A stretch of 59,420 bases of DNA from an uncultured Rhodospirillales bacterium (GTDB lineage: Bacteria > Pseudomonadota > Alphaproteobacteria > CAZCBM01): positions 1-59,420 of the forward strand of contig CAZCBM010000001.1 in assembly GCA_964496805.1 (NCBI GenBank). The letters run 5' to 3'. The translations under genes and the position numbers were made by a program. The notes beneath the pieces were generated by a model. It saw only the letters and a program-made list of their open reading frames with translations. It was not told the origin of the DNA and made no database searches. This document shows, piece by piece, positions 27,351 to 37,196 of this stretch (position 1 is its first letter; each line of letters opens with the position of its first letter).

Positions 27351-29777
27351 ATGGCCATCAGCACCCAGGGCGATGATCGGAATGGGCCTGCCACCGGCAC
27401 GCTGCAGGCCATCAACGGCCTGATCGCTCGCCGCCGGCGATTCACCCTCTATGTCGTTTTGGGCCTGCTTTTCGGGGTCTGGATGGGCCTTCGGGTGGCT
27501 GAAAACGCCTCCGCCCGCAGTTTCGCGGATGGTTTCCAGCACATCCCGGATTTCTTCACCGATTTCTTCAGCTATTTCCACCGGGGCGAGTTGGAGCGCC
27601 AGGAGCTCAGCCCCTACGCCAACCTGCTCAGCCTGGAGACCGAGGATCGCGGATCCATCGCGCGCTGGCTGCGCAACTGGCCCCAGTATTTTGACCTTCT
27701 CTGGCAGACCGTGAACGCGGCTTTGTTCGCCAACGTCCTGGGCTTCTGCTTGGCTGTGGTGCTGGCCTTTGTTGCCTCCCATCGCTACGGCCCGACGGGG
27801 ATCTTGGTCCTCTGGGTCACCCGCCTGCTGGCCCTGCTCCGGCGCTTTGGGATGCTGGGGGAGATCCAACACCGCTCCCTCCAGGCCTGGGCCGAGGCGC
27901 GACTGCCCCGCACCCTGTTGCGCGATGGGGCGCGCCGGATGCTGGAACTCTGCCGCTCCGTCCCGGAGCTGATCTCCGCGCTGTTCCTGGTCTATCTGCT
28001 GGGCGGGGGGCCCTTGGCGGCGGTCTTCGCGCTGACCATTCACACGGTCGGCGCCCTGGGCAAGCTGTTCAGTGAGGTGGCTGACAATGCCCCCCCGGGC
28101 CCTGTGGAGGGGTTGACCTCCTCAGGGGCAAGCTGGGTGCAGCGCATGCGCTACGGCATCCTTCCGCAGGTGCTGCCCAACTTCTACAGCTATGGCCTGC
28201 TGCGGCTGGAGATCAACATCCGGGTCTCCACGATCCTGGGATATGTGGGCGCCGGTGGGATCGGTCAGGAACTGCAAGTGCGCATCGCCCAGGGCAATGA
28301 GCCCCAGGCCTTCGCCATCATCGTGCTACTGATCGCCACCATCATCCTGATCGACTGGATCAGTGCCGTGCTGCGCCAACGCTTGATCCGTGATCAAGAA
28401 GGCAGCCCTGCCCGCGCCGGTTGGCTGCGCGTCATCGCTCAGGCTCTACGCTGGGTGGGGGCGCAATTGACGGAGATCGGCTCTGACCTTTGGTATGGCG
28501 TGCGGCAAGGGCTGCCCGCGCTATCCGCCGCCGTGGGCCGCTTTGTTCATCGGGCGGCCCTGGGTCCACCCGATGCCCTGGAACCCGCCCCCTATCGCGC
28601 CGCCCGGCAGCGCCTGTGGATCGGGCTGGGCGTCACATCCCTGGTGATGATTTACGTTTTACAGTCCTTACTGACATTTCAGATTCTTCGTGTCGTACCG
28701 GGATTGTCTTTGGGGGCCCTGGGCACCCTGCCCGCCTTGGACTGGGGGGAACCGTTCCAGCGGGGATCGGAATTCTTCTGGCGCGCCTGGGAGGCGATGG
28801 TGGGGTGGGGGACCTATGACCCCGAGAGCCAAAAGGGCTGGATCAATTTCTGGGTTTGGCCCCACGCCGCCATTTGGGAAGGGGTTCTGCAGACCCTGGT
28901 GATTGCCTTTCTGGGCACCCTGTTTGCCACCCTCACCGCCATCCCGCTGGCATTCATGGCCGCACGCAACGTCCAGGGTCAGTTCTGGTATGGGCTGGGG
29001 GTGGCTGGCCTGCTGCTTCTGGCTGTCCTCGGTTTCCCAGCCATGCTTACTTTGGTGTTGGCAGCCGCCAGTCTAACCGCCATCCGCGCCCACGTCATGG
29101 GACCAGGCGCGGAGAACAAGGTCGTGAGGTGGCTGATGGCCCGCGCCGGGCACAGCCCGCGCTTTGAATCCTTCGCGCGCCGCAGTACCCGCTTTGCCTT
29201 TGGCGTGGTGCGAGGCGTTGACACCCTGATCTGGGCCTTGGTGTTCATTCGCGCCTTCGGTCTGGGACCCATCGCGGGGATCCTGGCCATCTGGCTGGTG
29301 GACAGCGGCACCTTGGGCAAACTGTTCAGTGAAGCCATCGAGAATATTGACCGCAAGCAGCCCGAGGGAGTCCGCGCCACTGGGGCCCGTCAGGCCAGCA
29401 TTTACCGGTTTGGGTACCTGCCCCAGGTGTTCCCGGTGATGTTGAGCCAAGCGCTGTATTTCTTTGAGAGCACTGTGCGCTCTGCCACCATCATCGGTGC
29501 TGTGGGGGCCGGTGGCATCGGGTTGCTGATCACTGAGCGCATACGGGCGGACATCTGGGATCAGACCCTCTATATCGTGTTGATCATTCTGGTGCTCGTC
29601 TATGTGATCGACCAGCTGAGCTATTGGGTGCGGATGCTGGTGATCCGCCAGGAGGAGCGGGTGAAGCCCCCGGCGGCGGTGGTGGCCCTGTTGAGTCCGC
29701 TGTGGCTGATGGCGGGGCTCTGGCGGCAGGTGCGCGCGGCAATGGTGCGCACCCGCACTGATCTGGAGCGGCTGTAG
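27351..29777 (+). CDS. phnE: fused tandem PhnE-PhnE phosphonate ABC permease
   Basis: Contains two complete permease modules. Each carries GxLGKLFSE...P.EG..(S/A)(S/T)GA....(M/I)(R/Y)(Y/F)G(I/Y)LPQV(L/F)P and (Y/A)VGAGGIG. A linker of about 150 aa joins them. Confidence 0.8.
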   Translation: MAISTQGDDRNGPATGTLQAINGLIARRRRFTLYVVLGLLFGVWMGLRVAENASARSFADGFQHIPDFFTDFFSYFHRGELERQELSPYANLLSLETEDRGSIARWLRNWPQYFDLLWQTVNAALFANVLGFCLAVVLAFVASHRYGPTGILVLWVTRLLALLRRFGMLGEIQHRSLQAWAEARLPRTLLRDGARRMLELCRSVPELISALFLVYLLGGGPLAAVFALTIHTVGALGKLFSEVADNAPPGPVEGLTSSGASWVQRMRYGILPQVLPNFYSYGLLRLEINIRVSTILGYVGAGGIGQELQVRIAQGNEPQAFAIIVLLIATIILIDWISAVLRQRLIRDQEGSPARAGWLRVIAQALRWVGAQLTEIGSDLWYGVRQGLPALSAAVGRFVHRAALGPPDALEPAPYRAARQRLWIGLGVTSLVMIYVLQSLLTFQILRVVPGLSLGALGTLPALDWGEPFQRGSEFFWRAWEAMVGWGTYDPESQKGWINFWVWPHAAIWEGVLQTLVIAFLGTLFATLTAIPLAFMAARNVQGQFWYGLGVAGLLLLAVLGFPAMLTLVLAAASLTAIRAHVMGPGAENKVVRWLMARAGHSPRFESFARRSTRFAFGVVRGVDTLIWALVFIRAFGLGPIAGILAIWLVDSGTLGKLFSEAIENIDRKQPEGVRATGARQASIYRFGYLPQVFPVMLSQALYFFESTVRSATIIGAVGAGGIGLLITERIRADIWDQTLYIVLIILVLVYVIDQLSYWVRMLVIRQEERVKPPAAVVALLSPLWLMAGLWRQVRAAMVRTRTDLERL

Positions 29778-29839
29778 CCGCTTTCCGTCAGGGGCGCTAT
29801 CCTGCGGCGTCCCGATCCTGCTGACCTGAGCGCTGCGCC

Positions 29840-31285
29840 GTGGCCCATAAGCACCGCAAGAAGCCTGTCCCTCCGACCGCCGGTGCTGCCACCGCGGACC
29901 AGGAGTCCGCTGAACAGATTGCGGACCAGGAGTCCGCTGACCAAAAAACGGATCGGGGGTCTGCCGCCTCAGCCGCGGGGGATCAAGGTTGGACCGATGC
30001 GACGCCCGCGCTCTATAGCCATGCAGCCCTGCAACAGGCCCAAGACGGGGAGACGGCAGACGCCGACAGTCCGCAGCAGCCTGAAGGGCTGATGGACAAG
30101 TTGGCCCGCATGGCCCGTACCGCCGCCTCCACCATGGGCGAACTCTGGCGCGGGGAGCGAGAGCGCGGCGTCCTGGATCGCAGCTACAATGACAAGGCGA
30201 AACCCTGGTTTGGCTTCGGCAAGCGGCCTGTCTATCGGGTGCTGGCCATCGATGGCGGCGGGATTCGCGGCCTTGTCCCTGCCCGCGTCCTGGAAGAGAT
30301 CGAACGCCGCACCGGCAAGCCCATCGCCAAGCAGTTTGATTTGATCGCCGGCACCTCCACCGGCTCCGTCATCGGCCTGGGCCTCAACGTCCCCAGTCCC
30401 GAGGACCCGACCCAGCCAGCCTACAGTGCCGCTCAGGTGGCGCGCCTGTATGCTGAAGATGGCCAATCCATCTTTCCGCCCTCGCGGTTCAAGGCCTTTC
30501 GGCAGATGATGGGCCCAGCCTATGACGCCGCACCGCTGCGCGAGAAACTCCAGGCGATGCTGGGCGACACGAAGATGAGTGAGTCCCTCACCAACGTCAT
30601 TGTCCCGGCTTATGACATTGAACGGGGCGATGCGCTCAGCCTGCGCCATATCCGCAACCTGAAGGGCGCCTCCGATCCCGACTATGCAATGGCCGATGTG
30701 GCCGCGGCCAGTTCAGCGGCGCCAACGTATTTCCCGCCCCACCGCTTCACCAGCGTCGATGGGCGGGAGAGTCACGCCTGCATCGATGGCGGCGTGATCG
30801 CGCGAAATCCAACGCTGTTCGCCCTGACCCAAGCCATTAAGCTTGCCCCCAAGGACGCCCGGATTGAGATGGTGAGCCTGGGGACCGGGTCCTATCCGCC
30901 GAAAATCCCCTATGAGAAGGCCGAGAAGTGGGGGGCGGTGGAGTGGGCCAATCCCCGTGCCGGCTCGCCCATGATCGGGGTGATGATGGATGGTGCCTCG
31001 GAGATGGCCAATCGCTTGGCCGAGCGACTGTTGGGCGATGGGTTCTTGCGCCTGGACATGGACATCGACCAGATGCCGGAGGGTCCCACCCGGCCCAGCG
31101 GGCACCTGGACGACGCCAGCCCAAAAAATGTGGCGCGGCTGGAGGCCTTTGCAAAGAAGCTGATCACGGACAACAGCGACACCATCGATCGGATTTGTGC
31201 CACCATCGATCCCAGCTACACCCCTCAACCGGCTCCCCCGCACAGCGTTGCTGGACCAGCTGCGGCACCGGGGCCGGCGCGGTGA
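29840..31285 (+). CDS. patatin-like phospholipase with N-terminal basic/acidic extension
   Basis: DGGGIRG oxyanion motif, GTSTG nucleophile elbow and IDGGVIARNP catalytic Asp. GTG start gives MAHKHRKKP. Later starts such as MDKLARMA cannot be excluded. Confidence 0.85.
   Translation: MAHKHRKKPVPPTAGAATADQESAEQIADQESADQKTDRGSAASAAGDQGWTDATPALYSHAALQQAQDGETADADSPQQPEGLMDKLARMARTAASTMGELWRGERERGVLDRSYNDKAKPWFGFGKRPVYRVLAIDGGGIRGLVPARVLEEIERRTGKPIAKQFDLIAGTSTGSVIGLGLNVPSPEDPTQPAYSAAQVARLYAEDGQSIFPPSRFKAFRQMMGPAYDAAPLREKLQAMLGDTKMSESLTNVIVPAYDIERGDALSLRHIRNLKGASDPDYAMADVAAASSAAPTYFPPHRFTSVDGRESHACIDGGVIARNPTLFALTQAIKLAPKDARIEMVSLGTGSYPPKIPYEKAEKWGAVEWANPRAGSPMIGVMMDGASEMANRLAERLLGDGFLRLDMDIDQMPEGPTRPSGHLDDASPKNVARLEAFAKKLITDNSDTIDRICATIDPSYTPQPAPPHSVAGPAAAPGPAR
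29894..29940 (+). repeat. 20-nt unit repeated at 27-nt period inside the patatin N-terminal extension
   Basis: GCGGACCAGGAGTCCGCTGA occurs at 29894-29913 and 29921-29940. It encodes ADQESAEQI/ADQESADQK. Confidence 0.8.
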
Positions 31286-31575
31286 GAGAACGGCCGCGCG
31301 CCCGGAGAAACCCCTCGGCAGCGAACCTCTGGCAGTGAAGGGCCTGGGCTGAACGTCCCGAAGTGAACGCCCTTCGGCGGTCGAGGCCCTGCGGAAGACT
31401 TCCGTCCCGCCGGCGCTTTTGACCGGAAAAGGCTGCCTGTTTGGTCTCCACAAGCAACCGTTCCCAGGCTCATCTGGATCGCACCCTCTGGGTCGCACGA
31501 TCGGCGGTGCTCAGCCGGTCCACCGATCGTGCCACGACGGGCTCGAAAGCCTGCCCCCTAAGAAGTCTAGCCCCC

Positions 31576-32871
<1,296 letters not shown>

Positions 32872-33010
32872 CGGGTTCCTGTCAGGCAAGGGGAAAGGGC
32901 TGAGGCGTCGCGATGGGACGGGATCAGCGGCAGGCATTGCTGCGGTCGGTAGAGCAGACCGCGCCCAAAGGCAAGCAGGCTGGCCCGTTTGCGGCGTGCG
33001 CCAAGGGGTC

Positions 33011-33916
33011 TTACTCGGCCACCAGGCGGCGGGGGGCGGTCACCGCCACCATATGGGTCAGCAGCCCCCGGATTTGATCGCGCAGGCGCGGCATCCTTGA
33101 TGTTGGTGTGAGGTTGGCCTCATCAAGATACAGCGCACGGCTCAATTCCAGCTGGACAGCGTGCAGACCCTCCGGCGGCCGGCCATAGCGCCGCGTAATA
33201 TACCCGCCCGCATAGGGCACATTGCGCCCGATGACCCGGCCCTGATCGCGCCACCAAGCGGCGATCGCCTCAGCAAAGTGGCGATCGCAGGAGGCGCCAT
33301 AGACGTCGCCGAGGATCACATCGGGCGCCGGGGCACCGGTGCCATCGTGAACCAGGGCAGGCATGGAATGGGCGTCGATCAACAGGCAGAACCCAAACCG
33401 GGCACGGGTTTCCTGCACCAGGGCGGACAGCGCCTCGTGATACGGCCGATAGAAGCTGGTCACCCGGAACTCCGCTTCACGGAAACTCAGCTTGTGCCGA
33501 TAGATCTCCCGCCGTGGGGCGACGATCCGGGCCAACGTCCCCAGGCCCGCGGCCACACGAGGGGAGGTGACGTTGACGAAAGACGGCAACGGCGCATCCC
33601 GGAACATTTCCGGATCCAGTTCCCAAGGCTCACGATTGACATCGATATAAGCCCTGGGGAACTGCGCGCTCAGCAAGGGGATGCCCAGGGTCGGCGCATC
33701 CTGGAACAACCGATCGACAAAGGCGTCCTCGGACCGGCGCAACGAGAGGGGATCCAAGCGGGAACTGGCAACAAAGTCGGGCGGGTACCATCGACCGGAA
33801 TGGGGAGAGGCCACCACGATCGGGGCCACTTGCACGGCGGGTCGGAGGACTTCCAGCACCGGTGCGCTGTCCGGGCCGGTGACGATGTCGCGAAGGATCG
33901 AGGGCGGCTCACTCAT
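33011..33916 (-). CDS. N-formylglutamate amidohydrolase family protein
   Basis: Start moved to ATG 33916. FGase pattern ([32 protein letters not shown]). Confidence 0.75.
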   Translation of the reverse strand: MSEPPSILRDIVTGPDSAPVLEVLRPAVQVAPIVVASPHSGRWYPPDFVASSRLDPLSLRRSEDAFVDRLFQDAPTLGIPLLSAQFPRAYIDVNREPWELDPEMFRDAPLPSFVNVTSPRVAAGLGTLARIVAPRREIYRHKLSFREAEFRVTSFYRPYHEALSALVQETRARFGFCLLIDAHSMPALVHDGTGAPAPDVILGDVYGASCDRHFAEAIAAWWRDQGRVIGRNVPYAGGYITRRYGRPPEGLHAVQLELSRALYLDEANLTPTSRMPRLRDQIRGLLTHMVAVTAPRRLVAE

Positions 33917-34042
33917 GATACAGACACCATGCCTCAGCCATGACGCAGGTGTCGAGCCTGTTGGAAGGGTCCGCGGATGATGGGGGTCGGTGTGGTGCCT
34001 GTCACGGTCCGTCGGATCAGCCGCTGGCGCCGGGGGCATCGC

Positions 34043-34981
34043 TCACCGCCCAAAGGTCTTGAACCCCACCAAGGCGGCCTCGCCCTCCGTCTCATCCTGG
34101 CCCAGGCTGACCACGCCCACATCCGGCAGGTCCATCATCTCCCGGATCAGACTGATCCGACGGCCCGGCAGGATGACATAGGTGCCATTGCGCGAGTGAT
34201 CCTTGATGGACAACCGCCCACGCTCAAGGCTCATGGTGGCATGTTCACGGGAGGTGTTGTGGCAGCGGACGGTCACATCGCAATGCTCGCTGCGACCCAG
34301 GAGGATGCGGGGATTGTCCACGGAAAGCTCTGCCATCTCGCCCTGGTAATCCAGGATCACCCGCAGCCGGGCAAATTGGGCCTGAGGTTGAGCAGCGGCC
34401 ACCTCAGAGGGGTCCATAAAGATCGTGGGGCTCTCCGTCTCATCGGCCTCCACGGCCTCTTCCTGCTCGCGCAGAGTGGGATCGGAGAGGAAGAAAAGAT
34501 CCACGGGCTCCTGCCGTCCCCGCAGCGTGACCCTTTTGAGCGGCTCAAACCGGATGCCGCCCGGGGGTTGAATGCCAAACGCGTCCACCACTGCGCCGCT
34601 GGCCAGGGTCTCCGACGCCCGGGCCAAGCCAGAAATGCGGGCCGCGCAATTGACCACGTCCCCAAAAATATCGCCGGTGTCGTCCAACAGGACGTTCCCA
34701 TGGTCCAGGCCGATCTTAATGCGAATGCGATTATCGTGGCCGGTCATAATGGCCCGTACCGCTGCTACGGCATCATGGGGTGTAGAGAAACGGCACAGCA
34801 CCCCATCGCCCAGGGTCTTCACCACGACGCCACCCGTACGGGCGATCTGCTGGACCATCGCCTCCACCCCGCCAGTCACGAGGCGGGCGGCTGTCTCGTC
34901 GCCCAACACCTCATACAGGCGTGTGCTGTCCTGGATGTCCGCAAACATCACGGTGTTTATGAGCGATGCAGCCTCGGCCAT
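34043..34981 (-). CDS. class III adenylate/guanylate cyclase fused to C-terminal FHA domain
   Basis: CHD pattern (VMFADIQDSTRLYE, KTLGDGVLCRF, GDIFGDVVNCAARI). The C-terminus ILLGRSEHCDVTV...SREHATMSLERGRLSIKDHSRNGTYV is FHA-like. Start taken at ATG 34981; 35032 or 35059 are also possible. Confidence 0.8.
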   Translation of the reverse strand: MAEAASLINTVMFADIQDSTRLYEVLGDETAARLVTGGVEAMVQQIARTGGVVVKTLGDGVLCRFSTPHDAVAAVRAIMTGHDNRIRIKIGLDHGNVLLDDTGDIFGDVVNCAARISGLARASETLASGAVVDAFGIQPPGGIRFEPLKRVTLRGRQEPVDLFFLSDPTLREQEEAVEADETESPTIFMDPSEVAAAQPQAQFARLRVILDYQGEMAELSVDNPRILLGRSEHCDVTVRCHNTSREHATMSLERGRLSIKDHSRNGTYVILPGRRISLIREMMDLPDVGVVSLGQDETEGEAALVGFKTFGR

Positions 34982-35315
34982 GGCAGCCTCGTGGCAGGGA
35001 TAGGGGTTTCGGATTACCCGCAAAGGGGCCATCTCTCGGGTGTTATCGACATTTATCAATGTCCCCTGAGATGGAAAGGCGGTTTAGCATGGCCACGGCT
35101 ATGCGCCAACGGTCAAGCAACGGCCGTCCCGAACCGTTCTGGCGGCAAACAGCGGGCAAGGGGAAAGACGTCTGCCCTAAAGGCCAAGGGCGAACCTCAA
35201 GCGCCTCCGGAGGGGTGATTTTGCTTGGGCCTTTCGGCATTTGCGGCCAGTTTCAGGGGTGTCAGCCGCCCTGATCCCAATTCCCTGGATCCCATGCCCT
35301 GGAGAGGACCCCACG

Positions 35316-36356
35316 ATGGCGAAGCATCGCAAGAAGCCGCAAAAGAGCCATCAGAAGGCAACGCCCCAGGCCTCTGGTCCCAGTGGCATGGAGCAAAAGT
35401 TTGGCGCCTGGGGTATCGATATGAAGGAGGTGACCTTCACCAAGTCACCCACCAAGACGGCCCGTTCCGCCTTCAAGGAGGTACGCCGCGGCTTCCTCCA
35501 GCACTTGGCCGAGAACTACAGCGATGAATTGCGCAAGGCCGGCCTGAGCGAGGCGCAGATCGACACCATGCGCGATCAGGGTCGCAGCCCCCCCAACATG
35601 AATGTCCACCACAAGCTGCCCTTGAGCGGCGGTGGCAAGAATGTCTGGGATAACTTGGTCCTCATCCCGATTGAGCCGCATCACAGCGCCATCCATCGGC
35701 ACAGCGATCCGCAGATCGTGGACCTGGGCAAGGGTCAGAGCCGCACCATTGTGATGGCATGGCCGGCCGGGCCGATCTATGCGCCCAAGCATCCAGATAT
35801 GTGGAAGGGCCGCGATATGGACGCGATCATGGCGGCTGCCCAAAAGGGCCAGCGGCTGGACGCCCCGGCACAGCAGCAGCCCTCCGTATCCGCCCCAACC
35901 CGTGCACCGCGGGTGATTGAATCCTCCGCGCCGGTGGCACAGGCCCCATCGGCCGCAGCCCCGGCAAAGCCCGCGGCTGATCCTGCCGCAGCGCCCGCTG
36001 CCCCGTCCAATGACGGCTACGGGTGGGCTTTGGGGGAAGAGGACGCCCGCCCTTCGCGGTCCCTGGCGCCTCCCTCCCACCAGGCATCGGCGCAGCCGGC
36101 GGCCTCGGATGACGACGCTGCCCACGGTTGGACCCTGGATGGGGCCGAAACCGGCAGCAACCCGGCGCCTGCTCGCCCTTCCGCCCCCAAGTCCCCGCCC
36201 AAAGGCGACGATGCTGAGGGCTTTGGCTGGACGCTGGGTGTCAGTGAGGATGCCCCGGCCAGCAGCAAGGGGCATCGCAAACCCCAGAAGCCAGCAAAGA
36301 AGACCTGGGTCGAGTCCTTCGATCCCAATCAGATTTCCACGCCGCGAAGGCGCTGA
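35316..36356 (+). CDS. HNH-motif nuclease domain protein with long Ala/Pro-rich tail carrying repeated acidic-GW motifs
   Basis: ATG 35316 with GGAGAGGA upstream. HNH core NVHHKLPLSGGGKNVWDNLVLIPIEPHHSAIHRH (aa 97-129). The tail contains DGYGWALGEED, AAHGWTLDGAE and AEGFGWTLGVSED. The C-terminus is basic. Confidence 0.7.
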   Translation: MAKHRKKPQKSHQKATPQASGPSGMEQKFGAWGIDMKEVTFTKSPTKTARSAFKEVRRGFLQHLAENYSDELRKAGLSEAQIDTMRDQGRSPPNMNVHHKLPLSGGGKNVWDNLVLIPIEPHHSAIHRHSDPQIVDLGKGQSRTIVMAWPAGPIYAPKHPDMWKGRDMDAIMAAAQKGQRLDAPAQQQPSVSAPTRAPRVIESSAPVAQAPSAAAPAKPAADPAAAPAAPSNDGYGWALGEEDARPSRSLAPPSHQASAQPAASDDDAAHGWTLDGAETGSNPAPARPSAPKSPPKGDDAEGFGWTLGVSEDAPASSKGHRKPQKPAKKTWVESFDPNQISTPRRR

Positions 36357-36627
36357 ACGGGCTTGGCGGACAGGGGCCGTTCGGGCTAGAGGCTCCGGGG
36401 GAAAGAGCGTTTCTGCCCCCGGCGCCAACGCCGCTGTCCTCAGGGTTTAGACAGCACCTCGAGGTCGGGCTGCATAGTGAGCCGTGGCCCCACCGCTCCT
36501 GTGGACGCTGCTTCCGTGGCGCCGTTCTGTGGCGCTGTTCCGTGTCGACGCTTTTTCTGGACGCCTTCTCTGGATTCGGTGGTGCCGTCAACGCCGTGAT
36601 ATGTGTCATCAGCAAGGACTGATCCCA

Positions 36628-37062
36628 ATGTATGAGCCGATCCTTGAACGCCTGGCCGCAGAGGCCATCCTGTTCCCACCCGCCACGGTGGAAGAGGTCA
36701 GCAGCCTCCAGGACGGGTTGAAGGCGGCACAGCTGTCCGGCATCCCCCAGTCGTACGGCCAGTTTCTGCTGGAGAGCAACGGCTTCGCCTGGAACGGCGT
36801 CCAGTTCTATGGCACGCGGGAGATGGTTGAGCCGGCCGATCCGTTGACCCTGCCTTCGTTAATCCAGGCCCATCAGCGCATCGCTGACATCCGCCCTGAT
36901 CTGGCGCCTTGGCAGGTGATCGGTGCAGCCGACGACGACCTGTATGTCTTTGACACGGAGAAGAAGACAGCCGCCGTGCTGGACCGCTCCACCTTTGAAG
37001 TCATCGAAGAATATCGCAGCTTTGGCGACCTGTTCGAGGCGGTGATCGAGGAATATAGCTGA
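36628..37062 (+). CDS. SMI1/KNR4 (SUKH)-family immunity-like protein
   Basis: ATG 36628. GIPQSYGQFLLESNGFAWNGVQFYG...VIGAADDDLYVFD...EEYRSFGDLFEAVIEEY matches the SUKH/YrhA-like pattern. Confidence 0.65.
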   Translation: MYEPILERLAAEAILFPPATVEEVSSLQDGLKAAQLSGIPQSYGQFLLESNGFAWNGVQFYGTREMVEPADPLTLPSLIQAHQRIADIRPDLAPWQVIGAADDDLYVFDTEKKTAAVLDRSTFEVIEEYRSFGDLFEAVIEEYS

Positions 37063-37196
37063 GGCCCCTCTGCCAAGACCGCAGGGGGCTTCGCGCAAAG
37101 ACAGAACCGCTTACCGGGCAGTGGCTTTTCTCCCACATATGCCGCTTGGCGATATTGCCACGGACCCAGGTGGATGAAAGCCGCTTGTGGGTTGGG

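Noticed and set aside
29840-31285. Patatin gene as a CBASS (CapV-like) effector.
   Set aside because: No CD-NTase/cyclase, E1/E2/JAB or HORMA/TRIP13 genes are adjacent. Its neighbours are phnE and the convergent ahcY.
32872-33010. Possible SAH riboswitch in the ahcY leader.
   Set aside because: The ~140-nt leader on the minus strand did not show the conserved SAH-element core or pseudoknot segments as I remember them. The region also abuts the 3' end of the upstream gene, which ends at 33011. This can only be settled by an Rfam covariance scan.
34043-36356. Cyclase plus neighbouring effector as a Pycsar-type system.
   Set aside because: The neighbouring HNH protein has no cyclic-nucleotide-binding domain. 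The genes are divergent rather than in an operon, and the cyclase carries a regulatory FHA domain typical of signalling cyclases.
36524-36540. GTTC-N9-GTTC between the HNH and SUKH genes as a second SOS box.
   Set aside because: The spacing is 9 nt rather than the 7 nt required by the alphaproteobacterial LexA consensus.
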